Below are positions 37,125-48,000 of a stretch of DNA of 64,000 nucleotides, one piece after another (positions within the stretch are counted from its first letter, which is position 1; the number at the start of each line of letters is the position of its first letter). Made by a program: the position numbers and the translations under genes. The notes under the pieces are model-generated. The model had not been told where the DNA came from, did no database searches, and was given only the letters and a program-made list of their open reading frames with translations. Source of the DNA: Lingula anatina (Eukaryota; Animalia; Brachiopoda); assembly GCA_051362555.1 (NCBI GenBank), contig CM120640.1, forward strand, positions 12,896,001 through 12,960,000. Reading direction: 5' to 3'.

Positions 37125-40100
37125 GACTTGCCCTTCAAGAAATCGACGGGAAATAGCACATTTTCAAATTGAATGGACGCTATATAAAAAGTATATAAGC
37201 TCAAGCTCTCAAATTTCACACATAGGTGCGACATCATGTAAAGAATAAGTGTTGCAAATTTCATTAAAATAGTTTGTGTAGATTTTGAGATAGAACGCTC
37301 TGAATGTGCTGCAAACAATAATGCTTACGCCTTCAAGATCTCGACGAAAACCTGAAGTGCATCGTGACGTCATTCCATGGTGTTTGGGAAGTTGCTGATT
37401 TTCTGGTGAGAAGGACTTTGTTTTTTATCAAAATATTAAGTAAATGACTTTGCAAACCCCACGTATTGTTTTTTCAAGTGAAAAAAGCTATTTAAGACTA
37501 CGTTGTGTTTTTTCAATTCGATTGATATTTCAGTGTTGTCTCATGTTTTCATATCATTTCAAGAAAGTGCAAACGCTTCACGAATTCGGCTTTTAATACT
37601 GTTTGGAGTGTGTTAGGCGTCATATATGCTTGTTGAAAGGGTATTCGAAATTAAACTTTTAAAGTAAAGGTACTGAGAATGAACTCAAGACCCACAAATA
37701 GTGTCTGGTCATAATGGGATTTTACTTCTCTCAAAGACCACATGTTTGCACTACAATCATACAATATAGGCCTAATTAAGTATACTGCCCCATTTTGATC
37801 AAAACGGTAAAAGAATACACACATGTTATCATTTCCAAGAAAACAATGTGACAGAAAAACAATCACAGATGACAGACATGAATCATCTAGCAAATGAAGG
37901 GGCACAAATTTATGTACATTACTATATCTGTAATATTAATCTTCCTAACCAAACATGTACTGCAATGATAACTCTGTTCAACACATGGAATAACTTCACA
38001 CAGATCTTATTAAAACATTATGATTTGGAAAACAAATCTGCAATAAACAAACAAACAAACACAGACTACGGGAGTCCCTTTTCTTCAGTAACGGCCACAG
38101 ATCGGCAGACAGATCAGGGGACACAAAAATTATTTACATTAGGCCCTACATTATAAATGGCTCTTAGAAGTAATTCTCATTGGTGCTATGAACACAATAA
38201 CAAGTATATGTGTGTTTGTTTTGTGTACATATGTCTGTTTAAAACTTTTGTGGTAATAATAATAATGATAAACAATAAATGTTAAAAAGAACTCAACCAA
38301 TATTTCTCTTTTATTCGGATGACTGCCAGCAGTTATAACACAGGAAAACGTCCAAAAATGTGGGGATTTTAGCGCAAGAGAGTTGTTCTTGTACGTATAA
38401 ACTCATATACCTCCTCCACCAACTCAGTTGTGCTACTGCTTGGAGGCTCCATACCATTACAAATGCTGCAGATCGGTGCCCTCCGATAGGGTGTACTTGG
38501 CGCCTCAGTTCCTTCCCATGGTTCTTCAAGGAAGAAATTTCCCTCTGCTACGATGCCTTTTTTCTTTGCCTTCTTTTCAGCTGCTTTCTTCCTTATCTCT
38601 TCTTCTCTTTCTCCTGCATCCTTAATTATTTTCTATGTTTCACCTCCCAAGGCCTTCTGTGCCTTTCGATCTCGTACCTCAGACTTCTTCCTCTACCTCT
38701 CTTCGCCCGCTCTTTTCTTCTCCTCCTCCATTCTTCACTTAACAGCATCTTCCTTTTTCTTCTGCTTTTCTTGAACAATCCTTTGGCTTTTTTCCTCTCT
38801 TCTTTTTTCTGCCATCAATTCGTCCGACGTCAGATCTTCTATAATCTGTTGCAAATCTTCTTTTTCTCAAGGGCGCCCCTTCTGCTGGTACAATCAGCAC
38901 TTTCGCGATAGCTGGAGACACTCTGCCCATCTCCACCATTGGGTGTTGCTCAACCTTGCATATGTGACCACAGTAACAGACAGGTGTCTTGTCAGTAGAG
39001 TCTGTTTGCGTCATCGAGTCTGTCTTGTCTGTCAGCTGTCCATTGTCATCGTAATATGTCTGAGTGGTTTGGTCTTTTCTCTCTTCGTCGTCACCGCTGC
39101 ACTCCAATATGAGGCTGCACACGTCCCATTTGTCTTTGTCTTCTTGCATATGTGACCACAGTAACAGACAGGTGTCGTGTCAGTAGAGTCTGTTTGTGTC
39201 ATCGAGTCTGTCTTGTCTGTCGGCTGTCCATTGTCATCGTAATATGTCTGAGTGGTTTGGTCTTTTCTCTCTTCGTCGTCACCGCTGCACTCCAATATGA
39301 GGCTGCACACATCTCCACTTGTCTTTGTCTTCTTAGGTGCTCTGTTATTTTCTATGAATTTGTCAGCCTTTATTGCCTGTGGGTTGAATGGATATACCCC
39401 TGTCATTTTGAAAGATGCTGCTACTTTTACTGGTGTGAGTGCTCTCCTTCGTGCAGATTTAAAAATTGCTGGAAAAGTTGCTTTAGTGATAAGAAGGTTT
39501 TTCTGTAAAAGACTGGCAGATTTTGCAATTTTTCTATACTCCAATTTTAGGTCTTTAAAAATTTGATCCAGGGGTTGTAAAAAATGAGAAGTGTAGGCTG
39601 AGATATCAAATAAAATGATGTCGTTTTCCTTAGCACTGTCAATAAGACCTTTGGAAGCATGAGCTGTTAGGTTGTGTTGAAACAGTATCAGGGGCCTGGC
39701 AGAGGGGGCGTGTTTCAAGAAAATTTTGACAAACCATTGCAAATACATGTTAGAGTCTATGTACCCCGACTCAGAGGAGCCATAAAGGGCGTCCTCCGGC
39801 CCTTGCTGTGTGGCTTCTGGTGCTGGGGAACAGCCCTCGAATATAATCATCGGTGGCAGCAGCTGGCCAGCAGCACTACCACACTCCACGACCGTAACGT
39901 GGTTGGCATTTGTTACCTCCCTCTCACATGGGAACTGCTTTCCCTTCTTTGCGACAACTTTCACACTTGCTTTAGATTGAAAATATGTCTCATCTACATT
40001 GTAGATTTCACTCGGACCGATAATATTGTGCAGTGCGAGGGTTTCTTTTAATAAATCAAAATGCGATTCTGCAATCCAAGGCTGTGCCATGACGGCTCTG

Positions 40101-41937
40101 CCTCTGAAAAATAATTTTCTTGAACGGTTAGAGCACAGCAATTTTGCCTTTATGTACCTTAAACACAATTTCTTTGTTAAATGGAGGAAAAAAGCCCACA
40201 CTCATATGTGAACATTTTAGGTAGTAATAAATTGAATTTGCAATGAATTATTTATTATAATTATTACAATCATTATTATTTTCAGTCACGGGCACACCTA
40301 TTGATTAATCCCGGCTTTCTTAGAGAGAGCTTGGGGTGCCTTTGTCTTAGGCGCCACCACCATCCATCCGACGCAAGAAACTTGACAGTTGGGTCCCTTT
40401 CTTTCATAATTGCTTTGGCAAAGTGCCCCATCAGGTCTCTTGTCAGAGGAAACCCCCAGTCTGCCATAAGCATGGCATAGGCTATGAGGGTCTCCTCGTC
40501 GTCCGGGGTCATTATAGTATTTTTCTTAGGTGTACCCTTCAGTCTTCCTTTTGTGATAGATAAAAAGAGACAGAGAAATGAAGTGAAACAGAATAAATCT
40601 TGAAAGCAAGACAGGAAAGAGAATTTGGCCAAGGCAAGAATTAAACAACAAATACTCATAAAAACTTAAAAAAGAAAACTTTTTTTATTTACAAAATAAT
40701 TTACGAAGTTTTATTTAAGTTTTTCTTTGTTTTTATTATTATTAATACCAACAAAAATGCAACTCATACCGTCATTACCAGCATATGCTCATGAATATTG
40801 TTCACCGATTCATTACTTTTATAGCCACTACACGTATATTCTAAGCTTCGGTACCTGACACATGGTCACCAATTGTTGTTACTGGCACACCAAAAGCGCA
40901 TGACGCTTCAGTCAACGTGTACGTGCCTTCTTGCACAGACAGAACAGCTGCATCTAATTGTTCTAAGTTATATTTCCGTGGCATTCTGAAAACTGATTTG
41001 ACATTTTTGGGTGTAATTAATGGTGTTTTAAAATGTAAACACAAATGATTTGAGCTTTTGAGACAAACAGAATTAAGCTTCATCCTTTGCTAAAGTTGGA
41101 TATTCTAAAGGATGTTTCTTAAATTTAACTCCAAGATCAGTTACGTAACCTGTCTTGTAACATTACTATTGTAAGGGTCTCTAGCGGCAGTTCACCAAAC
41201 TACTACAACTGTACGTGTATGTATGTTGCCACATATTTTATTGACTCAAACAAGAAAATAATCGTAACTACAATTGATCGGGACGATTACAAAAACAAAG
41301 GACATCATTTGGATACTTAAGATGCCTTTTTTCAAGGTTTGTGTTCATCACTAAGTTTGAAGCAATGTGTTCAAAAGCCATGTACATTGTACCTGTAATA
41401 CTATGTCGGTACTACAGAGGTTATAAACATCCAGAGTATAGAGAATTACGGCAGGGATAACATGTGGAAAACATCAATCAGCCAGTAATGTTTCTAGCAA
41501 AGGACACGCACCTGTTAGAATTTTAAAAATCTAGATTATATAAAGCAGATGAATGTGGCATTTTTCTACTTCATTTGAACTTGCAAAGTTTCACCGGCGA
41601 CAATAAATAATGAGAAATTAAATTTGAGATACTCATACGAAGGATGACCAAATAATAGGCATCGACAAGAGCATTAAAGTACAGAAAATTATGTAAGTAA
41701 AAAATATTTCTGTTCAATTAACTTCTTCTACAACATGTTTAAGGTCGTTGTCAACGCTTTTTGTAATATAAACAAAAGTTGAAATGTTGCGTTCGATACT
41801 TTGTATGAGACGCTACAACTTACTTGACAACGCAGGAAGTTTACGCAAAGCATGCCGGGAAAAAATAGCGAAAAAAAAGCACGTACTTCCGGTTTTTGTC
41901 GGTTTCTTGAAGGCGTTGATTTCTTGAAGGGCGAGTC
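37125..41937 (-). mobile_element. Pogo/Fot1-like Tc1-mariner DNA transposon (4.8 kb), defective
   Basis: TA duplication (37123-37124, 41938-41939); TIR GACTyGCCCTTCAAGAAATCrACG; encodes a spliced HTH_psq + CENP-B-type HTH + DDE_1 transposase. Confidence 0.88.
38311..40984 (-). pseudogene. Disrupted pogo-like transposase
   Basis: Predicted exons 40855-40984 (MPRKYNLEQLDAAV...FGVPVTTIGDHVSG), 40298-40547 (EETLIAY...WGFPLT...GWWWRLRQRHPKLSLRKP) and 40103 onward (IYNVDET, LPPMIIF, SGYID, LQPLD). The second catalytic Asp reads as His (LFQHNLTAH); 188-bp tandem duplication, frameshifts and stops in the K/E-rich and Cys-rich tail. Confidence 0.85.
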
Positions 41938-42034
41938 TAGGCATGTTCCTGATATGCTGTGATACAACAGAAAAGTTTTAAAAAAATATGTATAACTCTG
42001 ATACTGGAAATTACATTAGCAACTGACCGACATA

Positions 42035-42480
42035 GTGGTGTCAACTTGAGACCTTTCACTAGGTAATGACCCAGATGGACTAGTCACCCCATTTGTTGAC
42101 ATATGGCTAGAAATAGTCTCCAGGGTCCAGTCCCATATGTATGAGAAGTAAAACCTGAGGCCTCCTTTCTTGTTGACCGGTAGCATTGAGACTGCAGGGA
42201 CGACACATGGGGAGGCCTGAAAGAGGCGGAGAGACCATTACAGGATTAAGTGGTCTTCCTTTCATGTAGGTCTGCCATACTTAGGCCGTGGACCAGCTGG
42301 CACTCGGCTCCTCTCATTTTGAATGGCCCCAAATATATGCTTGTTGTGCAAAGCTTTCCATACAAAGGTTGGGACGAGGCACTTGAGACTATGCCCAGTC
42401 CTTTATCAACAAAACAGGTGACCAGTCCATCTAGGTTATTACCTAGTGATACATGCAGGTCTCAGGTTGAGATGACAGCA
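42035..42480. mobile_element. Old MITE with ~110-bp degenerate inverted repeats
   Basis: tcactaggtaatgacccagatggactagtcacc...atagtctc (42056-42120) is mirrored by gagactat...ggtgaccagtccatctaggttattacctagtga (42386-42449). Confidence 0.7.
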
Positions 42481-42679
42481 TTGGTTAGTTGCCAATTTAA
42501 GTTTCTGTGTAAGACTTATACATATTTCTCTTTCTAAATCTACTGGATCACATTCACCCATCAGAAAAGTTTGTTCTTATTAGAACTAGATAAGTAAATT
42601 ATAATTTAGACTCTAAACTTGAATCTACATGGAAAATAATCTCTAAGTAATGTTAAAAAATTATTATACCTCGAGAGTT

Positions 42680-42859
42680 TTAAGCATCTGTCGTAGCCTG
42701 ATTTATTCTCTTCTGTTTTGGTCTACGTGTCAAGTCTGCCCATTTATTTTTCACATAACCAGGGCCAAACATAAGGATTGTGGCTCCAAGGATAAGATTG
42801 AAACAGAAGTAAAGAGGATGTCTGATTCTCTCTCTGGGACCGAGAGGGATTCGAGCCAT
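42680..42859 (-). CDS. Uncharacterised 59-aa single-TM microprotein (ORF A) in its own predicted exon 42670-42866
   Basis: MARIPLGPRERIRHPLYFCFNLILGATILMFGPGYVKNKWADLTRRPKQKRINQATTDA*; acceptor ttgtttattgcag 7 nt before the ATG; donor AG|gtataa 10 nt after the stop; basic N-terminus, hydrophobic helix, basic tail. Confidence 0.55.
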   Translation of the reverse strand: MARIPLGPRERIRHPLYFCFNLILGATILMFGPGYVKNKWADLTRRPKQKRINQATTDA

Positions 42860-43118
42860 TCGTAATCTGCAATAAACAATACACAAGTTTAATTTCAAAA
42901 ATACAGCGAAGTAAATGTTTCTTTTCTGACAACTTCTTAGCAGGGTAGATATAACCAAGAATTTTAACACGCGTAATGATATCCTAAAAAGGAAAAAAAA
43001 TGTAAGATTTAAGACAAATGCTAGTACATGTTGGGATGTGTTTATGTCCTTTATGTACGAGAAAGATGAGCTCGGAAGAGCTGTTTGGGATGTGATATCC
43101 TGGTGTTTCCCTATGTAA

Positions 43119-44251
43119 AGCCTTAGTCACAACTGGACGTAAGGGCCGTTTGCGTCCAAATTTTCCGCAGGATCTCAGAATCTTTAAAAAATTCAAGTTT
43201 GCAGACAGCCTGTAAGCAGGCAGGAAGGATATTAGACATGTCCAAAAGATTCTACAAATAATTTGCAAACAGTGAGGCTGCAAGTATAACCTGCTCCTCT
43301 CGCAAGGAATTCGGAAGGAGTTTGCAAGTAACACATGCAATTTTAAAGGTACTGAGAAGATAAACCATGATCTATGACGCATGTCGCAAGCAATGAAGGA
43401 GCAAGTGCCCTTTGCGAGTTGAGTACAGCTTATGCCTTCACAACTTAAAAAAATTGCACGCACTGCAAGAATACTTCACACAGTTTGAGTCACACCCATG
43501 CCAGTAATATAAAACAAAGGCATGTTCACATTGCACACTCTCATTTCACTAGTGGTGGTGGATTGTACACCATGTATTTATAATATTGAGAAATTCAATC
43601 TTTGATATGCTTCCAAAAAGAAGGGGTAAGAAAGGTAAACAACAAAGGAAGGAAGGAGGAAGAAAGAAGGGGAGAAGAGGAGAGGAGGCCAGTGTGGAGA
43701 GACAGGCAGAGGCAGAAGATGAAGATACAGAAAGAGTAGGTCTTCAAGATTCAGACTTGACCAGCACTTCCACTGGGAAGAGAAACCAACAGCAGACGTA
43801 CAGCTTCAGGGCTAAGGAAGAAGAGAAGCTGGTTGAATTTTTCTCCACCTATGACTGCTTCTACAAGGCATCCCAACAATATAGCAATGTATCATACAAG
43901 AAGCTGCTTCTGGAAGGTATAGCCAGTCAACTTGACACAGAATGTGAGTATTAATTTTTATAACAATTTTTATCATTTTTTCATGCTACATTTTTCATGC
44001 ATTTTTTTGAATCTGCTTATATATGTGGGATAATTTTGTTGATATTGACATTTGCCTTATGTATGCTGACTTCAGATGACAAGATTCAGAGCTGGTTCAA
44101 AAACCAGCGAACTGCTGTTGGGAAGCTTTACAAGAAGATATCTGGCATTGCAGCAGAGACCCTGACTGCAAGGAAGAAGTGGCAGTTGCCAAATTTCAGT
44201 TTCCTGAAGCAACACATCATGCCAAGGTTGTACACTCAGGACACAGAATTG
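43119..44251 (+). mobile_element. PIF/Harbinger remnant with spliced Myb/SANT(MADF)-like ORF
   Basis: TAA|AGCCTTAGTCACAAC TIR-like start at 43119; exons 43607-43943 and 44076-44251 give EEEKLVEFFSTYDCFY...IASQL...IQSWFKNQRTAVGKL...LTARKKWQLPNFSFLKQHI, typical of Harbinger DNA-binding proteins. No right TIR or DDE ORF found. Confidence 0.65.
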
Positions 44252-44936
44252 GTAAGCATTGCATTTTTCATCTGGCTACGTGTGGTCTTCCTCTTTTTGT
44301 CCTCTTCCTGTTATCCTCTTGTGTATACATTATGAGTATTAATTCATAGTCCATTTTATATGTTGTTTGTGTTGTTTTATGCTTTATGTTATACAAAGTC
44401 AATTATTGTCTAGGAGGAATTCCAGAATTTGGAGTGTAAAACATTTGTTAAAATGGCTTATTACCACACAGGCATGGGCGGTGACACAAGGGAAGTGTGC
44501 AAGTACTTGAACAATACAAGTACGTAGAACTATGTCCTGTCATAGATGTCAGTGAGCACTTAATTAAAGAGAACAATACTTATGGTAGTTATAGTAAAAG
44601 CGGACAATGACAAAAGCAGACACTAACAAAGTTTACTGGATGAAAATGATTGATTCATGTAAGTTGTACAACTTCCATCCTACATACAATATTACTGCTG
44701 AAGTGACAGGCCATGAACTAGTGATGAACAGCAACAGTTAAACTGGACAGGAGGTCGTCAAAATCAATTATTATTGATGATTTGATGATGGGCATGAAGC
44801 GCAACGACAGATTTTTCTGCACATGCATTTAACAAGCTATATTCAACAGAATAAGGTGTTGTTTAACTTCCTAGTGATGACAAAATCACTGCGTCATCTT
44901 AAGAGAAAAGATTGTCAGCGATTGAAACGCTGAAAA

Positions 44937-45030
44937 ACTTACAACTATCTAGCCCTGCACCACAAGCACGCCATCCGCCATGTCGGCTTAGCTAGTTCTA
45001 CGTCACATGATGACGAAACGTCAAAAATGG
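44937..45030. promoter_or_regulatory. Compact bidirectional promoter: first exon of the minus-strand microprotein unit and start of MAP7
   Basis: Minus donor gtaagt at 44937-44942; divergent YY1-type ATGGCGG motifs (minus ATG 44981, plus ATG 45027); central CGTCA-CATGA-TGACG inverted element at 45001-45015; CpG cluster. Confidence 0.65.
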
Positions 45031-48000
45031 CGGACAGCGGTGAGAAAGAAAATCAGCAGCCGACTGAAAAAAGTAAGTATTTCAGATTCAAACTGGCCTG
45101 ATAGGACCAAATACTCAACCGCTTGTAGACATTTATGACATTGTTAAGAGCAACATCATTGATACGTAGTGTACATCTGGATATTATATGTAATATGAAT
45201 ACACAAGTTACGACGGAAGCTGTAAGCCATGGACAAGATTCGGGGTCAGTTTCAAGTTACATTTGATACCTTTGCAGTCTAGGCATAGCTTAAGTGTCTG
45301 GATCTACAATGATTTTATTTCTTTATAACATTTGGTTTTGGTGTTTATGTGTGACAGTGGTTTGTAATGATTGTTTATGCGTTTAGTTACATTTGGGAGG
45401 GGCAAATAAAACTATCGGTCATAATTCTAACAAATCTCTCTCTTGCCGTCTTGGTCTAAATAATATCTTTGTTTTAATTGGCAGTTGCACTTTTAGTTGT
45501 ACAGTATAAGTCATCTATGGCATCACCCCTCCTTACTCTACTTATATATGAATATAACACTAGATGTGTATGTGCATTACATATTTATGGTGTTGTTAAT
45601 TGACCCCTTACCAAAATACCAGGCAAAAGAGGGTTATCAGATATCGATTTTGGTGTATGAACCGATAAGTAAATTAATATTGGTCTCAATTATATAGTTT
45701 TTCTTGCTACAGATGTTTTTGTTTATTTTTAACAAAGTAATCAGTAAAGCTAATGTCTTTGAGTTTGCCTGAGGCTGTCTGTGATGTCTTCTGTAATTTT
45801 TTAAACACATGATAATTAATTAATGTGCTCTGTTTCATAGGGCATCTTTTATGTATATCTGTATTTACTGTTTTATTCACATTAAAAATTGTTTAAAACT
45901 ACAAGCTCCCTCTCTCTTTCTCTCCATCACCCACCCGCCCACCCACATGGTTGTGAATTGAGAGGTCCAATTTTCACTTGTGATTCTTGCAGTTTTGGAC
46001 CTTGGTATAAATAATATTTCCAAAGGGATTTTAATAAATTATTTGTGGACAAATTTGGACAATCAGAAAGTGAACAAAAAGGATTAATGCTAGCAGCAGA
46101 AATTCTCATCTCATTGAAAGTGGAAGTAAAAGGTCATAACATGAAGCTTGCAATATACAGTAAGAAAATATGTGTATCACTTGTACAAATGACTGAAGAA
46201 AGCCAAATTGTTACATTTAGTGATAATGAAAATTTAACTTTATTGGTTTACATATATATATGTGAATTATATCAAGATTTGTTTTGCTTATTTGTATAGT
46301 AGGAAGCTTTGATTCCAAGTTCTCATGTTAAGAAGTTGCCATTGTGAACATGTATTACCTGTTTGGTAAACTGCAGGTATTATCTTCAGGTAAACATGGA
46401 CTGTACTTGAAATATGGAGGATCATAACCTAGGCTGTGGTATCATGGTGCTAATAAATGTCACGGCAATATAAACATCAGTAGAAATAAGTGAGTTTATT
46501 GAAGCAACAGAAGAGATAAGAAAATTCATTCCATTATGCTTATTATATAATAACAAAAAAATAATATACTATGAATGATTTTTAATTAAATTTGGCCTGT
46601 GCCACTGTAAGTCAGCAGTTTTTGGGTTTACTTGTCAGATTGTATGGCACACAAGCTTATCGGAGGAAAAACAGCTACAGTGATTTAATGTCAATTAATC
46701 ATAACTTGACTCTTCCCACTTTGAATTCAGTCTTTTACAGTTGCTATATGAAAGGAGAAGAAGAAATTATTTGCTTGGTTCAATAATTGGTTGGTGTTGG
46801 TGGCAAGAGCGGGAGTCGCCCTGTGTTGCTCGAGCAGGAACACCTTGACTAGTATTTATACTATTTCTAATTAAAGTTATAATTTAGTTCTAAATGCCTG
46901 GCCAGATCTTAAAATTCCCATGTCTTCTTGTACATTACTAAAAGAAATACATGAGCTACTTTTGTTTGAGGGTTTTTATCATTGTTTAGGTCTGAATTGG
47001 AAAAAGATGTGACTTTGCAGGAAAATATACATCAAAGGTGTGTTGGCAAATCATAATGAAGCAGACCCCTTTATTTGTAGACAAGAATGGTTAAATATCT
47101 ATGGTGATGCACATCAAGTTCTCCTTTCCTAGTGTGGTGTAATCAGGGCAAATGGATTAAATTATCCAACTGATTGTCTAGTGTTATTACATATCTTTCA
47201 AAATATACAGCAATATCATAATTTATTATATTCCCAAATGTCCCAGTCTCCCAGCAGATGACATTTCAAATTGATTCATTTCATTGTATAGGTTTCTATA
47301 GCCTGGTTGTCATTTAAGCCATTATGAATGATCAGGAATTAGTTTAACCTGATTACTGCTGTGGTTGTTATAATGTTTTGTTACCTGTATTTCTATTGAA
47401 TATATTACTTCTTCATTTGGCATTTGATGTATCATATGACCACTCAGAACTTCATCAGCCAAGAGGATAGAGAGAATGTCTCTGGGGAGGAAGGAGCAAA
47501 CAGTTTAGTCAGTGGTGGCCAGGCTGTGTAGAATAAATATTTCACAATGTTTGTCAAGATGAAATGTAAATTAATTGGATTTATGTGAACTGAATCTGAA
47601 CAGTAGGAATAGTGAGTTGCAAAAGTAGATGTTTTTCAAAGGGTGGTTTGTGGTGTTTTTGTGGTTTAAGTCTAGATTTTCTTTTTAGATATTATGTGCT
47701 ATCTCATAGGAGTATTTTATCTGTACATCAACCATCATCTGTCCAGGATGCTGTCATCTTTGCTGTGCAATTTTCTTGGTCCTGCAAAATCTTAATATCA
47801 GAAGGAGTGAGTCACTATTTAGTTTTAAACTTAACAAAGTTTTCTGTAGAGTTGAATATAAACCATAACGTGACAATCCCATGAAAAAAAATAGGCTTTA
47901 TCATTTTTTTTTATTCTTGGATTATTCTGTATTTTGCTATTGTTGCATTTTGCTGTATTTCAACATTGTACAGTATATGGAAAATAGAAATTCTGTAGTT

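Noticed and set aside
37324-37375. gtaagc donor and TGACGTCA as the first exon/promoter of PIGBOS1
   Set aside because: It falls in the inner terminal repeat of the pogo element, so it is not the ancestral promoter; exaptation cannot be excluded without transcript data.
38360-38911. 183-aa hydrophobic plus-strand ORF
   Set aside because: Antisense shadow of the K/E/R-rich transposase tail.
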